64,000 nt of DNA. Origin: Gammaproteobacteria bacterium. Its GTDB lineage: Bacteria; Pseudomonadota; Gammaproteobacteria; JABABF01. Within the stretch, counting starts at the first letter, position 1. Every line of letters starts with the position of its first letter. Location of the stretch: NCBI GenBank assembly GCA_965237805.1, contig OZ250153.1, forward strand, positions 736,001 to 800,000. The letters are read 5' to 3'. The notes beneath the pieces are model-generated. The model made no database searches and was not told the origin of the DNA. It worked only from the letters and a program-made list of their open reading frames with translations. Below are positions 23,104-32,968 of the stretch, piece by piece. A program made the translations under genes and the position numbers.

Positions 23104-26100
23104 GGCAGGGTCGGCTCAGCTGGACTGGTGCTGGCAGGCAATGGTTGCGGCACCTCTGCCCCCAGCCGTAGCGTCCGACGCAGCAGTTGCTTGGGCAATT
23201 TCTGCAGATCGGTCAGCACCACATAGAGGCAGGGCAGCAAGATCAGCGTGATCAGCGTCGCAAACACCACGCCAAAGGCCAGCGACACCGCCATCGGGAT
23301 GACATAGCGCGCCTGGGCGCTGCGCTCGACCATAATCGGCATCAAGCCGACAAAAGTGGTCAGCGAGGTCAGCATGATGGCGCGGAAACGCCGCCTAGAA
23401 GCCGCCACCGCCGCCTTGATGGGGGACATCCCTTGCTCGCGCACGGCGCGGTTGATAAAGTCCACCAACAACAGCCCATCGTTCACCACCACACCAGCGA
23501 CGGCGATCATGCCGAACAGCGACAGCATACTGACCGCCAAGCCGAGGACCAGATGCCCAATAATCGCGCCGATGATGCCAAAAGGAATCGCCCCCATGAT
23601 CAGCAGCGGCTGGGCATAGGAACGCAGCGGCACCGCGATCAAGCAGTAGTTAGCCAACATCGACAGCAGGAATCCGATCAGCAAGAACCGCACCATTTCT
23701 GTCTCGTCTTCGCTCTCCTCGCCGAGGGCGAATTCCACATTGAAATCGCGCTCTAAACGCTCGTTCAGCGCATCGTAGACCAGCTTGACTGCTTGCCCGC
23801 CGGAAATTTTTGAGGCTTCGACATTGGCTGTCACACGCAAGGCAGAAATCCCGTCGACCCGTACCAGCTGCGACGGACCGGGTCTGACATCCAAATCGGC
23901 CACCGCCGACAGCGGCACGGTCTCCCCTGTGTTGTTGCGCACATGCATGTTCTGCAGCGTGGCGAGACTCTCGCGATCGCCGCGCGGATAGCGCACCCAC
24001 ACCCGCACCTCATCGTTGCCGCGCTGCACACGCTGCACCTCGTAGCCTTGGAAAGCGTGGCGCACCTGATTGGCAACATCGGCCAGCGGCAGACCCAGAA
24101 CCTCCGCCGCCTCGCGGCTGCTCAGCACAATCTCATCGTTGCGCACACTGATGTCGCTACGCTGATCGATCACCCCGTCGATGGAAGCGAGTTCCTTCTC
24201 GACCAAGACAGCGGCCTCCTCCAAGAGTGCGCGATCCTCCCCTTTGAGCAACACCGCGATATCCGAACTGCCGCCCGGCCCTCCTTGGGCGTCGGTGTAA
24301 ATCAACACCTTGGCACCGGGGATCTGTCCCACGGTCTCGCGCCACTGGTTGAGCAAAGTGTGGCCATCGATGCTGCGCTCTTCATTGGGGACCAATTCGA
24401 CCCAGATCTCACCTTCTAGAGAGTTTTTACCAAGGGCGCGCACCACGTGCAAGAGCCGCTCACCGGTCTGCTCATAGTGACGCTTGTCGATGTCCCACAG
24501 TGCCTGCTCGATGTAGTTCAAGTGCTTCGCCGTAGTTGGCCCAGGTGTGCCGTCGACCATCTCCAGAGTGGCCACCACGAAATCGCCGGGAAATTTCTCG
24601 ACCAACACGAGGCGCACAATGCCGCCCAACACCAGCCCCAAGGACAGGATGAAGACCCCCGTGAAGATGGCGGCGACGGTATAGCGTCGCTCGATGCAGT
24701 AACGCAGGAAAGGCTGGTGAACATTGTGCAGATAGCGATCCAACTGGCCGTTGCACCAAGCCTGCATGCGGCGCACCGGTGCCAGCCACTCGGCCGAAGA
24801 AGGGCGCGTATGCGCCAAGTGCGCTGGCAGAATCCACTTCGATTCCAGCAGCGAAAACAGCAGACAGAGAATGACCGTCAAGCCGATCTCTCGCGGGAAA
24901 GCGGCAAAACGCCCCTCGACCATAATCGTCGGCAGAAAGGCCACCACCGTCGTCAGCACGCCAAAAGTCGCTGGCACAGCTACCCGCTTGACGCCGGCGA
25001 TCACCGTGTCCACGCTGTGTCCGCGTTGCTCCACCGATCGATAGGCACTCTCCCCGACGATGATCGCATCGTCGACGACGATGCCGAGCACCAAAATCAT
25101 CGCGAACAAGCTCAGCAGATTGATGGTGACATTGAAGGGGTCTTGCCCCATCACCGCAAAGGCTCCCAAAAAGCTGATCGGCAGACCGAGCATCACCCAG
25201 AAGGCCAGCTTGAGATCGATGAACAGCGACAGCACCAAAAAAACCAGCAGGGCACCGAGCAGCATATTCTTTCTCATCATAGAGAGGCGGTCTTTGAGAT
25301 AGGTGCTGACATCGGCCCAAAAGGCCAGCCCCACGCCATCGGGCAGAGATTTCTTGGCCTGCTCCGCATAGGCGCGCGCGGCATTGGCCATCTCCACCAC
25401 ATCGGTGTTGTTGCTGATTGCCTCGACCTCTAGGCCGATCGCTGGCTGGCGGTTGAAAGAGGACACCTGATACTCACCGTCCTCGACGAAACCGTCGTGC
25501 ACGGTGGCGATGTCACCGAGCCGCAGCTGTGTGCCATCCGGGAAAGACAACAGCTGCACTTCCTCGAACTGCTGTTGATTCCGTCGGCGCCCGCTGGCCT
25601 GCACCAGCACATCACCATTGGTGGTGCGCACCGCCCCGCCGGGTAAATCGATCGAGGCGCGTGCCAATGCCAGCCCGACATCTTGCAAACTCAGCTGGTA
25701 TTTGCGCAGCGCATACTCATCCAATTCAATGCTGATTTCATAGTCGTGCGCACCGCGTATCCGCACCTTGTGGATCTCCGGCAGACGCAGCAGCTCGTCT
25801 TCGATGCGATCGGCCTGCTCGCGCAGCAAGACCGGGTCGACATCACCGTACAGCGTCAGCTCGCTGATCGGCACCGTCGGCACGATGCGCTCGACGACAG
25901 GCACCTCCAAATCGCGCGGGAAGCTCGGCACCGAATCGATGGCACTGCGCACCTCGGCCTGCACAGCGACGACATCGAAGTTCGGCTCCACCTGCAGGTA
26001 GAGGAAGCCGCCGTTGCGACGGGAAACCGAGACCACTGTTTCGATCCCATCGACCGCGCGCAAAGCCTCCTCGGCGCGTAACAACACCGATTTTTCCACC

Positions 26101-26351
26101 TCCGATGACGATGCCCCAGGGTAGATGAAATTCACGAGCACCAGATCGAGATCGAAGTCCGGTGTCAGCGTACGCGGGATATTGAGCGCCGATAGCATGC
26201 CAAGGAAGATGATCAGCACCATCAGCAAATTGGCCGCCACCGGATTGAGGACGAACCATGCGATCGGCCCCTTGCGCAGCTCCTCGATGGGTGGCAGCGG
26301 CGGCAGTGTCTCTGCGCTGGGGCTGGGTTCGGTGGTCCCGCTACCGCTCAC
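23100..26351 (-). CDS. RND efflux transporter permease
   Basis: NPVAANLLM, GIVVDDAIIVGE and RFRAIMLTSLTT motifs; 1083 aa. Confidence 0.93.
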   Translation of the reverse strand: MSGSGTTEPSPSAETLPPLPPIEELRKGPIAWFVLNPVAANLLMVLIIFLGMLSALNIPRTLTPDFDLDLVLVNFIYPGASSSEVEKSVLLRAEEALRAVDGIETVVSVSRRNGGFLYLQVEPNFDVVAVQAEVRSAIDSVPSFPRDLEVPVVERIVPTVPISELTLYGDVDPVLLREQADRIEDELLRLPEIHKVRIRGAHDYEISIELDEYALRKYQLSLQDVGLALARASIDLPGGAVRTTNGDVLVQASGRRRNQQQFEEVQLLSFPDGTQLRLGDIATVHDGFVEDGEYQVSSFNRQPAIGLEVEAISNNTDVVEMANAARAYAEQAKKSLPDGVGLAFWADVSTYLKDRLSMMRKNMLLGALLVFLVLSLFIDLKLAFWVMLGLPISFLGAFAVMGQDPFNVTINLLSLFAMILVLGIVVDDAIIVGESAYRSVEQRGHSVDTVIAGVKRVAVPATFGVLTTVVAFLPTIMVEGRFAAFPREIGLTVILCLLFSLLESKWILPAHLAHTRPSSAEWLAPVRRMQAWCNGQLDRYLHNVHQPFLRYCIERRYTVAAIFTGVFILSLGLVLGGIVRLVLVEKFPGDFVVATLEMVDGTPGPTTAKHLNYIEQALWDIDKRHYEQTGERLLHVVRALGKNSLEGEIWVELVPNEERSIDGHTLLNQWRETVGQIPGAKVLIYTDAQGGPGGSSDIAVLLKGEDRALLEEAAVLVEKELASIDGVIDQRSDISVRNDEIVLSSREAAEVLGLPLADVANQVRHAFQGYEVQRVQRGNDEVRVWVRYPRGDRESLATLQNMHVRNNTGETVPLSAVADLDVRPGPSQLVRVDGISALRVTANVEASKISGGQAVKLVYDALNERLERDFNVEFALGEESEDETEMVRFLLIGFLLSMLANYCLIAVPLRSYAQPLLIMGAIPFGIIGAIIGHLVLGLAVSMLSLFGMIAVAGVVVNDGLLLVDFINRAVREQGMSPIKAAVAASRRRFRAIMLTSLTTFVGLMPIMVERSAQARYVIPMAVSLAFGVVFATLITLILLPCLYVVLTDLQKLPKQLLRRTLRLGAEVPQPLPASTSPAEPTLP

Positions 26352-27754
26352 TGGCCGCCCGCGCTGAGAAATCCGCTGCGCGTACCCCCGGATGCGCCTT
26401 TGTTGGTGTTGCCCGCAGTGGACCAGCGCGTCGACCGCACCCGCTCGGTGACTTGCACCTTGGTTCCAGGCAGCGGATGCCCCACTGGCGTCAGACAGAC
26501 CAGCTCGCCCGCACGCAGGCCACCGCTGATGTAGACATGCTCGCTGTGGGTGCGCAACACCTCGACGCTGCGGTTCTGCAATGTCAGGCGGCTATCGACC
26601 ACCCACAACTTATTGCCCGCCCGCAACAGGTGGCGCGGTAGCGTCACCAAGTTGTCCAGTTCGCGCCCCTGTATTTCAGCCCGCACGAAAGTGCCAATGC
26701 GCAGCGGCTCCACCACCTCCTCGGGATCCTCCGCCCGTCGCTTTAGACCGTAGGGGTCGTCCACCCGCGCCACCACCGCCAAGGTGCGGCTGCGCTCGTC
26801 GAGTACGCCCTCGGTGCGGGTAATACGAGCCGACCAAGTGTGCTCGCTGGCACCGATATCGGCCGTCAGTGTCACCACGGGTTGCATGACACCATCGCGG
26901 CCCGGCAAATCCAGATAGTCGAGTTGGTTTTCCGGCAGCGCGAGACGCACTTCGGCGTAATCGACCGGGAAGCTGGCACCGAGCGACATGCCCGGCCCCA
27001 CATATTGCCCCACATCGACCAGTGCACGGCGGATGATGCCGCGATAGGACGCACGCACCACGGTGCGCTCCAAATTGAGCTGCGCGCGGCTGAGCTGCGC
27101 CTCGGCGGAGGCCATCTGCGCCTCGGCAGAAGCCAGCTGCGGTTTGCGCAGCGCCAAGTCGGTGGCCTGCGTGCTGCGACCATCACCACTCAAGGCCTGC
27201 CAATCCTGGAAGGCAGCATGGGCCTGCCCGCTCTCCAGAGCCATCTGGCTACGAGCTGCGGCGACGGCGGCCTCGGCCTGTTTCAAGGCCGCCCGGTAGT
27301 CGCGGTCATCGAGGCGCACCAGCACTTCGCCAGCCTCGAAGGTGCCGCCGACCACAAAGGACGGCGAGATTTCGCGCACGCGCCCTGCGACCTCGGTCAA
27401 CAGCGTGGTCTCGGTGCGCGGTACCACCGTGCCGACCGCGCGCAAACGCAACGGCAGGGTCTGCATGTGTACCACCACCACCTCTACCGGAATGCTGGCC
27501 ACCTTGGGTGTGATGCGCTGCGGCGACTTGCGTTGCGCGATCAGCGCCCCCGAGGCGACAATGCTACCGGCGATGATCAGCAACGGCAGCCCCCAGCCAC
27601 GGGGCAACAGGCCGCCTAGGAGCCCGCGTTCCCGCTCTTCTTCCAGCTCTGGAATCTCAGCCAGCTCCGGCATCGCAGCCAGCTCCGGAATCTCAGCCAG
27701 CTCTGGCAAATCGTCCAATTTAGGCATATCGTTGGTATCAAACGGATCAGCCAT
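26348..27754 (-). CDS. RND periplasmic adaptor (membrane fusion protein)
   Basis: Single TM, lipoyl halves flanking a coiled coil; GTGA overlap with the permease. Confidence 0.9.
   Translation of the reverse strand: MADPFDTNDMPKLDDLPELAEIPELAAMPELAEIPELEEERERGLLGGLLPRGWGLPLLIIAGSIVASGALIAQRKSPQRITPKVASIPVEVVVVHMQTLPLRLRAVGTVVPRTETTLLTEVAGRVREISPSFVVGGTFEAGEVLVRLDDRDYRAALKQAEAAVAAARSQMALESGQAHAAFQDWQALSGDGRSTQATDLALRKPQLASAEAQMASAEAQLSRAQLNLERTVVRASYRGIIRRALVDVGQYVGPGMSLGASFPVDYAEVRLALPENQLDYLDLPGRDGVMQPVVTLTADIGASEHTWSARITRTEGVLDERSRTLAVVARVDDPYGLKRRAEDPEEVVEPLRIGTFVRAEIQGRELDNLVTLPRHLLRAGNKLWVVDSRLTLQNRSVEVLRTHSEHVYISGGLRAGELVCLTPVGHPLPGTKVQVTERVRSTRWSTAGNTNKGASGGTRSGFLSAGGQ
27644..27733. 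repeat. 18-bp tandem repeat (4-5 degenerate copies) in MFP N-terminus
   Basis: cagctc(t/c)ggaatctcagc-like units encoding MPKLDD LPELAE IPELAA MPELAE IPELEE. Confidence 0.85.
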
Positions 27755-28952
27755 CGCCATTCCCTCGCAGAACCACCGCCGAAGCGTGGCCAAACAGCCC
27801 TTGATTGGCGGCGATGCCGACGCGTGCATCCGCCACTTGGCGCGGCCCGGCCATCGCACGTAGCTGCCAGCTCAACTCGCAGATCTGCGCCAGCCCTTGC
27901 GCCGGCACCGCCTCACCAAAGCAGGCCAAACCGCCGCTGGGATTGACCGGCATGCGCCCGCCTAGCGCCGTATCGCCAACCTCAAGCCAGCGCTCGGCCT
28001 CCCCCTCGGGGATCAATTCGAGATCCTCACACCAATCCAGCTCCATCGCCGTGGACAGGTCGTAGACCTCGGCCACATCGATCTCCGCAGCCTCGATGCC
28101 AGCCTCGGCACGGGCATCGCGCGCCACTTGGGAGCGGAAACGCTGGCCCGATGCCGCCACCGCCGCCGCCGAATCGGTGGCGATATCTGGCATCTCCACC
28201 TCGGCGCAGGGGAAGCGCGGCGTACTGGTCGCCACGGCGGCGATACGCGGCGCAGCAGTGGCACCGCGATGGCGAGCGTAGTCGGCACTGGCCAGCACCA
28301 GCGCCGCACCGCCATCGCTGGTAGCGCAGATGTCCAGCAAGCGCAGCGGGCTGGAGACCACCGGCGAGGCCATCACATCCTCCAGCGCACAGGCCTTGCG
28401 GTAGCGCGCATTGGGGTTGTGCAGGCCGTGCTGAGAATTCTTGACCTTGACGCGGGCGAAGTCCTCGACAGTGGCACCGTAGAGAGACATGCGACGCTGG
28501 GCATAGAGGCCAAAGTAGATGGTGTTGGTGATGCCCAGCCTGAAACGCACCCAATCTGGATCGTCGGGGCGCTCGCCACCCTGTGGAGCCAAGAAACCCT
28601 TGGGCGTGGTGTCGGCACCGACGACCAAGGCGACATCGCAGAGCCCGGCCAGAATGCGCTGACGGGCAGACTGCAGGGCTTGGGCACCAGTGGCACAGGC
28701 CGCATAGCAGCTGGCCACCTGCGCACCCTGCCAGCCCAAGGCTTGGGCGAAAGTGGCACCGGCCACATAACCGGGATAGCCGCAGCGCACGGTGCTGCCG
28801 CCAGCGACAAACTGCACTTCATGCCACGGCAGGGCGGCTTCTGCCAGCGCCGCCCGCGCCGCCACCACGCCATAGTCGACAAAATTGCGTCCCCACTTGC
28901 CCCACGGGTGCATGCCAGCACCGAGAATGACGACATCATCACTGCCCGCCAC
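27747..28952 (-). CDS. SCP-x-type thiolase / lipid-transfer protein
   Basis: GMHPWGKWG, YAACATG, ICATSDG, EVYD and NPSGG motifs. Confidence 0.88.
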   Translation of the reverse strand: MAGSDDVVILGAGMHPWGKWGRNFVDYGVVAARAALAEAALPWHEVQFVAGGSTVRCGYPGYVAGATFAQALGWQGAQVASCYAACATGAQALQSARQRILAGLCDVALVVGADTTPKGFLAPQGGERPDDPDWVRFRLGITNTIYFGLYAQRRMSLYGATVEDFARVKVKNSQHGLHNPNARYRKACALEDVMASPVVSSPLRLLDICATSDGGAALVLASADYARHRGATAAPRIAAVATSTPRFPCAEVEMPDIATDSAAAVAASGQRFRSQVARDARAEAGIEAAEIDVAEVYDLSTAMELDWCEDLELIPEGEAERWLEVGDTALGGRMPVNPSGGLACFGEAVPAQGLAQICELSWQLRAMAGPRQVADARVGIAANQGLFGHASAVVLRGNGDG

Positions 28953-29403
28953 GATCGCCTCCCGCCACCGCTGGCTGCCATTTCCAAGTCATCCGCTCAA
29001 CACCCTCTTCATCTGTGTACAGCAGCTCCTCGACCAGCTGCATCTGCATGCCGATGACCAGCTCAGCACAGGACACAGCTGCCGCCACCTGCCCCAAGAC
29101 CGTCATCTGCTCGCGCTCCAGTGCCACCGCGGCCACCGTGAAGGGCTGGAATTCGCCGGGCGGTGCCAGCCACGGCGGCGGCGGCGGGTAGTGCTGTTCA
29201 GAGAAAGACCACAGCCGCCCGCTGCGTGACAGCGGCAGCTGCTCGAACTCCTCGCCGTTACAGGCTGGGTTGCGGCAAAAAGAGAGCCGCGGCGGAAGGT
29301 AATAACTGCCGCAACTCTGACAGCGCTCGCCCAACAAGTAGAGCCCGTCGCCATCGCTGGCATACCAGCCCGCCAAGGCGGGCATCGTCGCAGTATCCCT
29401 CAT
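28939..29403 (-). CDS. Zn-ribbon OB-fold (DUF35) protein, thiolase partner
   Basis: CQSC...CRNPAC Zn ribbon and IGMQMQL; overlaps thiolase start. Confidence 0.85.
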   Translation of the reverse strand: MRDTATMPALAGWYASDGDGLYLLGERCQSCGSYYLPPRLSFCRNPACNGEEFEQLPLSRSGRLWSFSEQHYPPPPPWLAPPGEFQPFTVAAVALEREQMTVLGQVAAAVSCAELVIGMQMQLVEELLYTDEEGVERMTWKWQPAVAGGDRGGQ

Positions 29404-29496
29404 AGCAAAACCCCTGCCGAACAGCACATTGGGTCGATGATGCGAGCGTGGCGAGGGACAGCGACGGCCACTGGCCGATCGCGCGAGACCATCCGC

Positions 29497-30444
29497 TCAG
29501 ACGCCCTCCCGAAGCGCGGCGATGCGCTGTTCCAGTGGGGGGTGCGAGCTAAACAGTTCCCGCAGACCACCGGAACGGCGTCCACTGATCCCAAAAGCGA
29601 GCAATTCGTCGGGCATGGAATCATCGTTCTGCCGCTGCCGCTGCCGCTGGCGGCTGCCACCGCCAGCCATCGCGAGGCTGGGCTTGAGCCCCTGCTCGGA
29701 GCGCAGACGCTCCAAGGCGGCGACCATCGCACTGGGGCCGACCAGCTTGGCGCTATAGGCATCGGCCCGGAACTCGCGGCGCCGCGAGAACCACATCACG
29801 ATGATCGAGGCGAGAATGGTCAGCACGATCTGCGCGGCGATGGTGGCGACGAAGTAGCCAATACCATAGCCGTGCTGATTGCGGAACACGATGCGGTCGA
29901 CAGCGTGGCCGATTACCCGTGCGAGCACGAAGATAAAGGCGTTGATCACACCTTGGATCAGCGTCAGCGTGATCATATCGCCATTGGCGACATGGCCGAT
30001 CTCATGCGCCAGCACCGCGCGCGCCTCATCTTGACTAAAGCGATCGAGCAGCCCTTGACTGGCGGCGACCAAGGAGTTGTTGCGGCTGGGGCCAGTGGCG
30101 AAGGCATTGGAGGCCTTCATCGGCATGATGCCCACCTCCGGCATAGCGATGCCAGCACTGTCGGACAACTTGCGTACCGTCTCGACCAGCCAGCGCTGCT
30201 GCTCGCCGACCGGGGCATTGGGATCGATGATGCGGGTGCCGGTGAAACGCTTGGCCATCCACTTCGACATTAACAGCGAGACGAAAGCACCGCCGAAGCC
30301 AAACACCACACCCCAGATGATCAGCGTATTGAGATCCAAGCCATGGGGCGTCAGGTAGTAGCCGACGCCGAGCAGGCGCAGGACAACCATGGCGACCATC
30401 ATCACCGCGAAGTTTGTCAATAAAAATAAAGCAATACGCAACAT
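29497..30444 (-). CDS. htpX: Protease HtpX
   Basis: NAFATG, HEIGH and SRRREFRAD motifs. Confidence 0.96.
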   Translation of the reverse strand: MLRIALFLLTNFAVMMVAMVVLRLLGVGYYLTPHGLDLNTLIIWGVVFGFGGAFVSLLMSKWMAKRFTGTRIIDPNAPVGEQQRWLVETVRKLSDSAGIAMPEVGIMPMKASNAFATGPSRNNSLVAASQGLLDRFSQDEARAVLAHEIGHVANGDMITLTLIQGVINAFIFVLARVIGHAVDRIVFRNQHGYGIGYFVATIAAQIVLTILASIIVMWFSRRREFRADAYSAKLVGPSAMVAALERLRSEQGLKPSLAMAGGGSRQRQRQRQNDDSMPDELLAFGISGRRSGGLRELFSSHPPLEQRIAALREGV

Positions 30445-30504
30445 GGTGTCGAGCGGCCTCCGCGCACCTTATCCCCGTAATAAGCCCATGAAAGGGCATC
30501 TTTT

Positions 30505-30533
30505 ATTCTAGCATGGTCAAGGCTTAAACTCAA
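30505..30533 (-). promoter_or_regulatory. sigma70-like promoter of htpX
   Basis: TTGAGT-17 nt-TAGAAT with extended TG. Confidence 0.5.
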
Positions 30534-30683
30534 CTGAAGCGCAGCTGGAACGCGGGGATCTTAGGGGGCAGTCTGGAGATGGTTTTAGGATCAGCAAGTG
30601 CAGCGGATAGGGCTGGCGAGGGTGCTGGTACCACCCGGTGGCTCATGGGAGCGACACTAGGGGTCGATATAATGAGACTCCCC

Positions 30684-30757
30684 GCCGGAATAGCTCAGCG
30701 TGGTAGAGCAGTTCACTCGTAATGAAAAGGTCGGGGGTTCGACTCCCTCTTCCGGCA
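30684..30757 (+). tRNA. tRNA-Thr(CGT), CCA not encoded
   Basis: GCCGGAATAGCTCAG...CTCGTAA...GGTTCGACTCC...TTCCGGCA; TATAAT at 30668-30673. Confidence 0.93.
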
Positions 30758-30825
30758 GGGGGTGGGGATTGCAGGGTGTATGTGCTCTACAGTGGCTATC
30801 ACTCTCGCAGTGATACAGTGAGGCA

Positions 30826-31677
30826 ATGCAAATGAAGAAAAACCACATATTGCGCGGTGACTGCGTAGCTTGGACTAGCAAATTGCCAGCGGACTCGGTC
30901 GATCTCAGTGTGTTTTCCCCGCCCTACGACGGGGTGCGCGACTATCACGGAGAGTGGATCTTTGATTTTCCAGCCTTGGGAAGCAACTTGTATCGGCTCA
31001 CCAAAGAAGGCGGCATATGCGCGGTCGTCATTGGTGATGGCACCAAAAACTTCGCCAAATCATTGACCAGCTTCAAACTGACGATAGATTGGTGTGAAAA
31101 TCAGGGCTGGCGGTTATTTGAATGTTGCATCTATTCCCGAGACGGAAATCCCGGGGCGTGGTGGAACAAGCGTTTTCGTGTCGACCATGAATACATCTTG
31201 CTTTTTTTGAAAGGTGCACGCCCAAAACATTTCGACAAACATCATATGATGGTACCGAGCAAACATGCGGGGAAGATCTACACTGGGACAGACCGATTAA
31301 CTAGCGGCGGTCTAAAGCGGATCACCCCCAAAGCGGTCAACCAAGAGAAATGCCGTGGCACCCTATGGCGCTATGCCACAAGCAATACTGAGGGCAACCG
31401 TCTTAAGGCAGAGCATCCCGCCACATTCCCTGACAAGTTGGCTGAGGATCTCATCCTGTGCTTCACCGAGCCGGGAGATCTGGTGCTAGATCCCATGTGC
31501 GGCAGCGGCACCACCTGCACTATGGCTGCCCGACATGGGCGGGATTACCTGGGATTAGAGATATCCGAGGAATACAGCAAGTTGGCCAAGAAACGTTTGC
31601 AACTGGAGTTACGCCAACCTCAGCTGGCTATTATGGACAAAGCGTTGCAGCCAAATAAAGGCAAGTCACAGAAATGA
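30826..31677 (+). CDS. Site-specific DNA methyltransferase, beta class (N4-C/N6-A)
   Basis: SPPY (motif IV) precedes HPATFP and LDPMCGSGTT (motif I). Confidence 0.92.
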   Translation: MQMKKNHILRGDCVAWTSKLPADSVDLSVFSPPYDGVRDYHGEWIFDFPALGSNLYRLTKEGGICAVVIGDGTKNFAKSLTSFKLTIDWCENQGWRLFECCIYSRDGNPGAWWNKRFRVDHEYILLFLKGARPKHFDKHHMMVPSKHAGKIYTGTDRLTSGGLKRITPKAVNQEKCRGTLWRYATSNTEGNRLKAEHPATFPDKLAEDLILCFTEPGDLVLDPMCGSGTTCTMAARHGRDYLGLEISEEYSKLAKKRLQLELRQPQLAIMDKALQPNKGKSQK

Positions 31678-32339
31678 CATCAGCACACACGGCAAAAGAC
31701 GCCGAGATAATTGCGGCAGCACTTACCGACCTACCCGTGTTCTGGAATGGCAAAGAAGCCATAATGGAGTTAAAAAGTCTGGATTATCAGTGGCGCCAAA
31801 TGGAATGGATTGGCTGGTATTTTGAAGTGAGGTGCGCCGAGCAGTTGAAAGAACGCGGATTTGCTTTCCCGGGGGATAGATACGGCAACACAACATTTGA
31901 CTGTAAGAATGCTATCAACTGGGACATGAAGTCTCACGCAATACGATCGGACACACATAATGCGATATTAAATGATGTGGAAGCAGTAGACGAAAGCATA
32001 GAGCAATATGGGAATCATGGCGTGATCATGGCATTATTGGATGTGGAATACAATGATGAAGATCGCTCTTTCCAAAAGTGGCATACCGATCTAAAGGGAG
32101 GCCTGTCAGATTACGAACTAGAAAGAATCGCACGAAACGCCACTTCCAGATACCGCAAACGATCCGCTCAGTTACAACAAGTATTGATCTTGGCCATCAA
32201 TGAGGACAACAAAAGTCTATTAGGGGTTTATCGTCAAGGGAGAAATGCTGATGGCAGCCCTCGGCAGCAAAAATACATGATCAATATAGAGATGGCTCAT
32301 GAGTTCAAGGTGGGATGTATAGAATGTGTGAGCACGTGA
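31674..32339 (+). CDS. Putative type II restriction endonuclease
   Basis: ATGA-coupled to MTase; E...FD-x6-WDMK resembles a PD-(D/E)xK core. Confidence 0.6.
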   Translation: MTSAHTAKDAEIIAAALTDLPVFWNGKEAIMELKSLDYQWRQMEWIGWYFEVRCAEQLKERGFAFPGDRYGNTTFDCKNAINWDMKSHAIRSDTHNAILNDVEAVDESIEQYGNHGVIMALLDVEYNDEDRSFQKWHTDLKGGLSDYELERIARNATSRYRKRSAQLQQVLILAINEDNKSLLGVYRQGRNADGSPRQQKYMINIEMAHEFKVGCIECVST

Positions 32340-32405
32340 CATAGAACGCAAAATCATAAGATGTGTCAATTGGTGCAATATATTCAACACAATAATAGGG
32401 GAGTA

Positions 32406-32960
32406 TTAGTCATGATTTACTGTTGGGAACAGCCGGACACCGTGCCGTTCCCTACTGGTCACAGGATATCCAATATAATTTGCATCAGTAATACCAACTA
32501 TGCTAGCAAGTATCCGGCAAATCAAATTGCGCATTTCCATCCCTAGATTGCGTCCTTTATATGGCCCAGCATTAAATCCCAAAGGCTTACTATAGAATGC
32601 AGCCTCGTGAAACATCGTATTGCGCAACTCTACAATGTAGCTATCTTCATCACGAGGGTCCGCCCAATCTGGCACCTGAGCACCTACTTGTTGACACATA
32701 GATGGTATACGATCAGCATGGGCACCCCGGCTAACGGCATTAGATAGGCTGATAATTTTCGAGCAAGTGTCCAAGGCTATATAAGAATATAAGAATTGTT
32801 CATATTGAAGATTTCTTGGATTCTGAGACAAGAAAAGTGCATGGATTGCGCAACAAATCATTTTGCACTTTTTCTCATCTTCACCTTTATTTTTATGCTA
32901 ACAATTATCAATGAAATTGATGTGTTTCTCATGAGAAGAGCCATCACACATCGTAACAAC
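32406..32960 (-). pseudogene. Truncated HEPN-like protein (in-frame TAG at 32898-32900)
   Basis: ELRNTMFHE fits the R-x4-H HEPN motif; frame continues upstream of the stop. Confidence 0.55.
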
Positions 32961-32968
32961 CCCAGCAC

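Noticed and set aside
30555-30590. Possible sigma32 promoter for htpX (cctaaaa-14-cccccta on minus)
   Set aside because: Weak match; a better sigma70-like site lies closer to the gene
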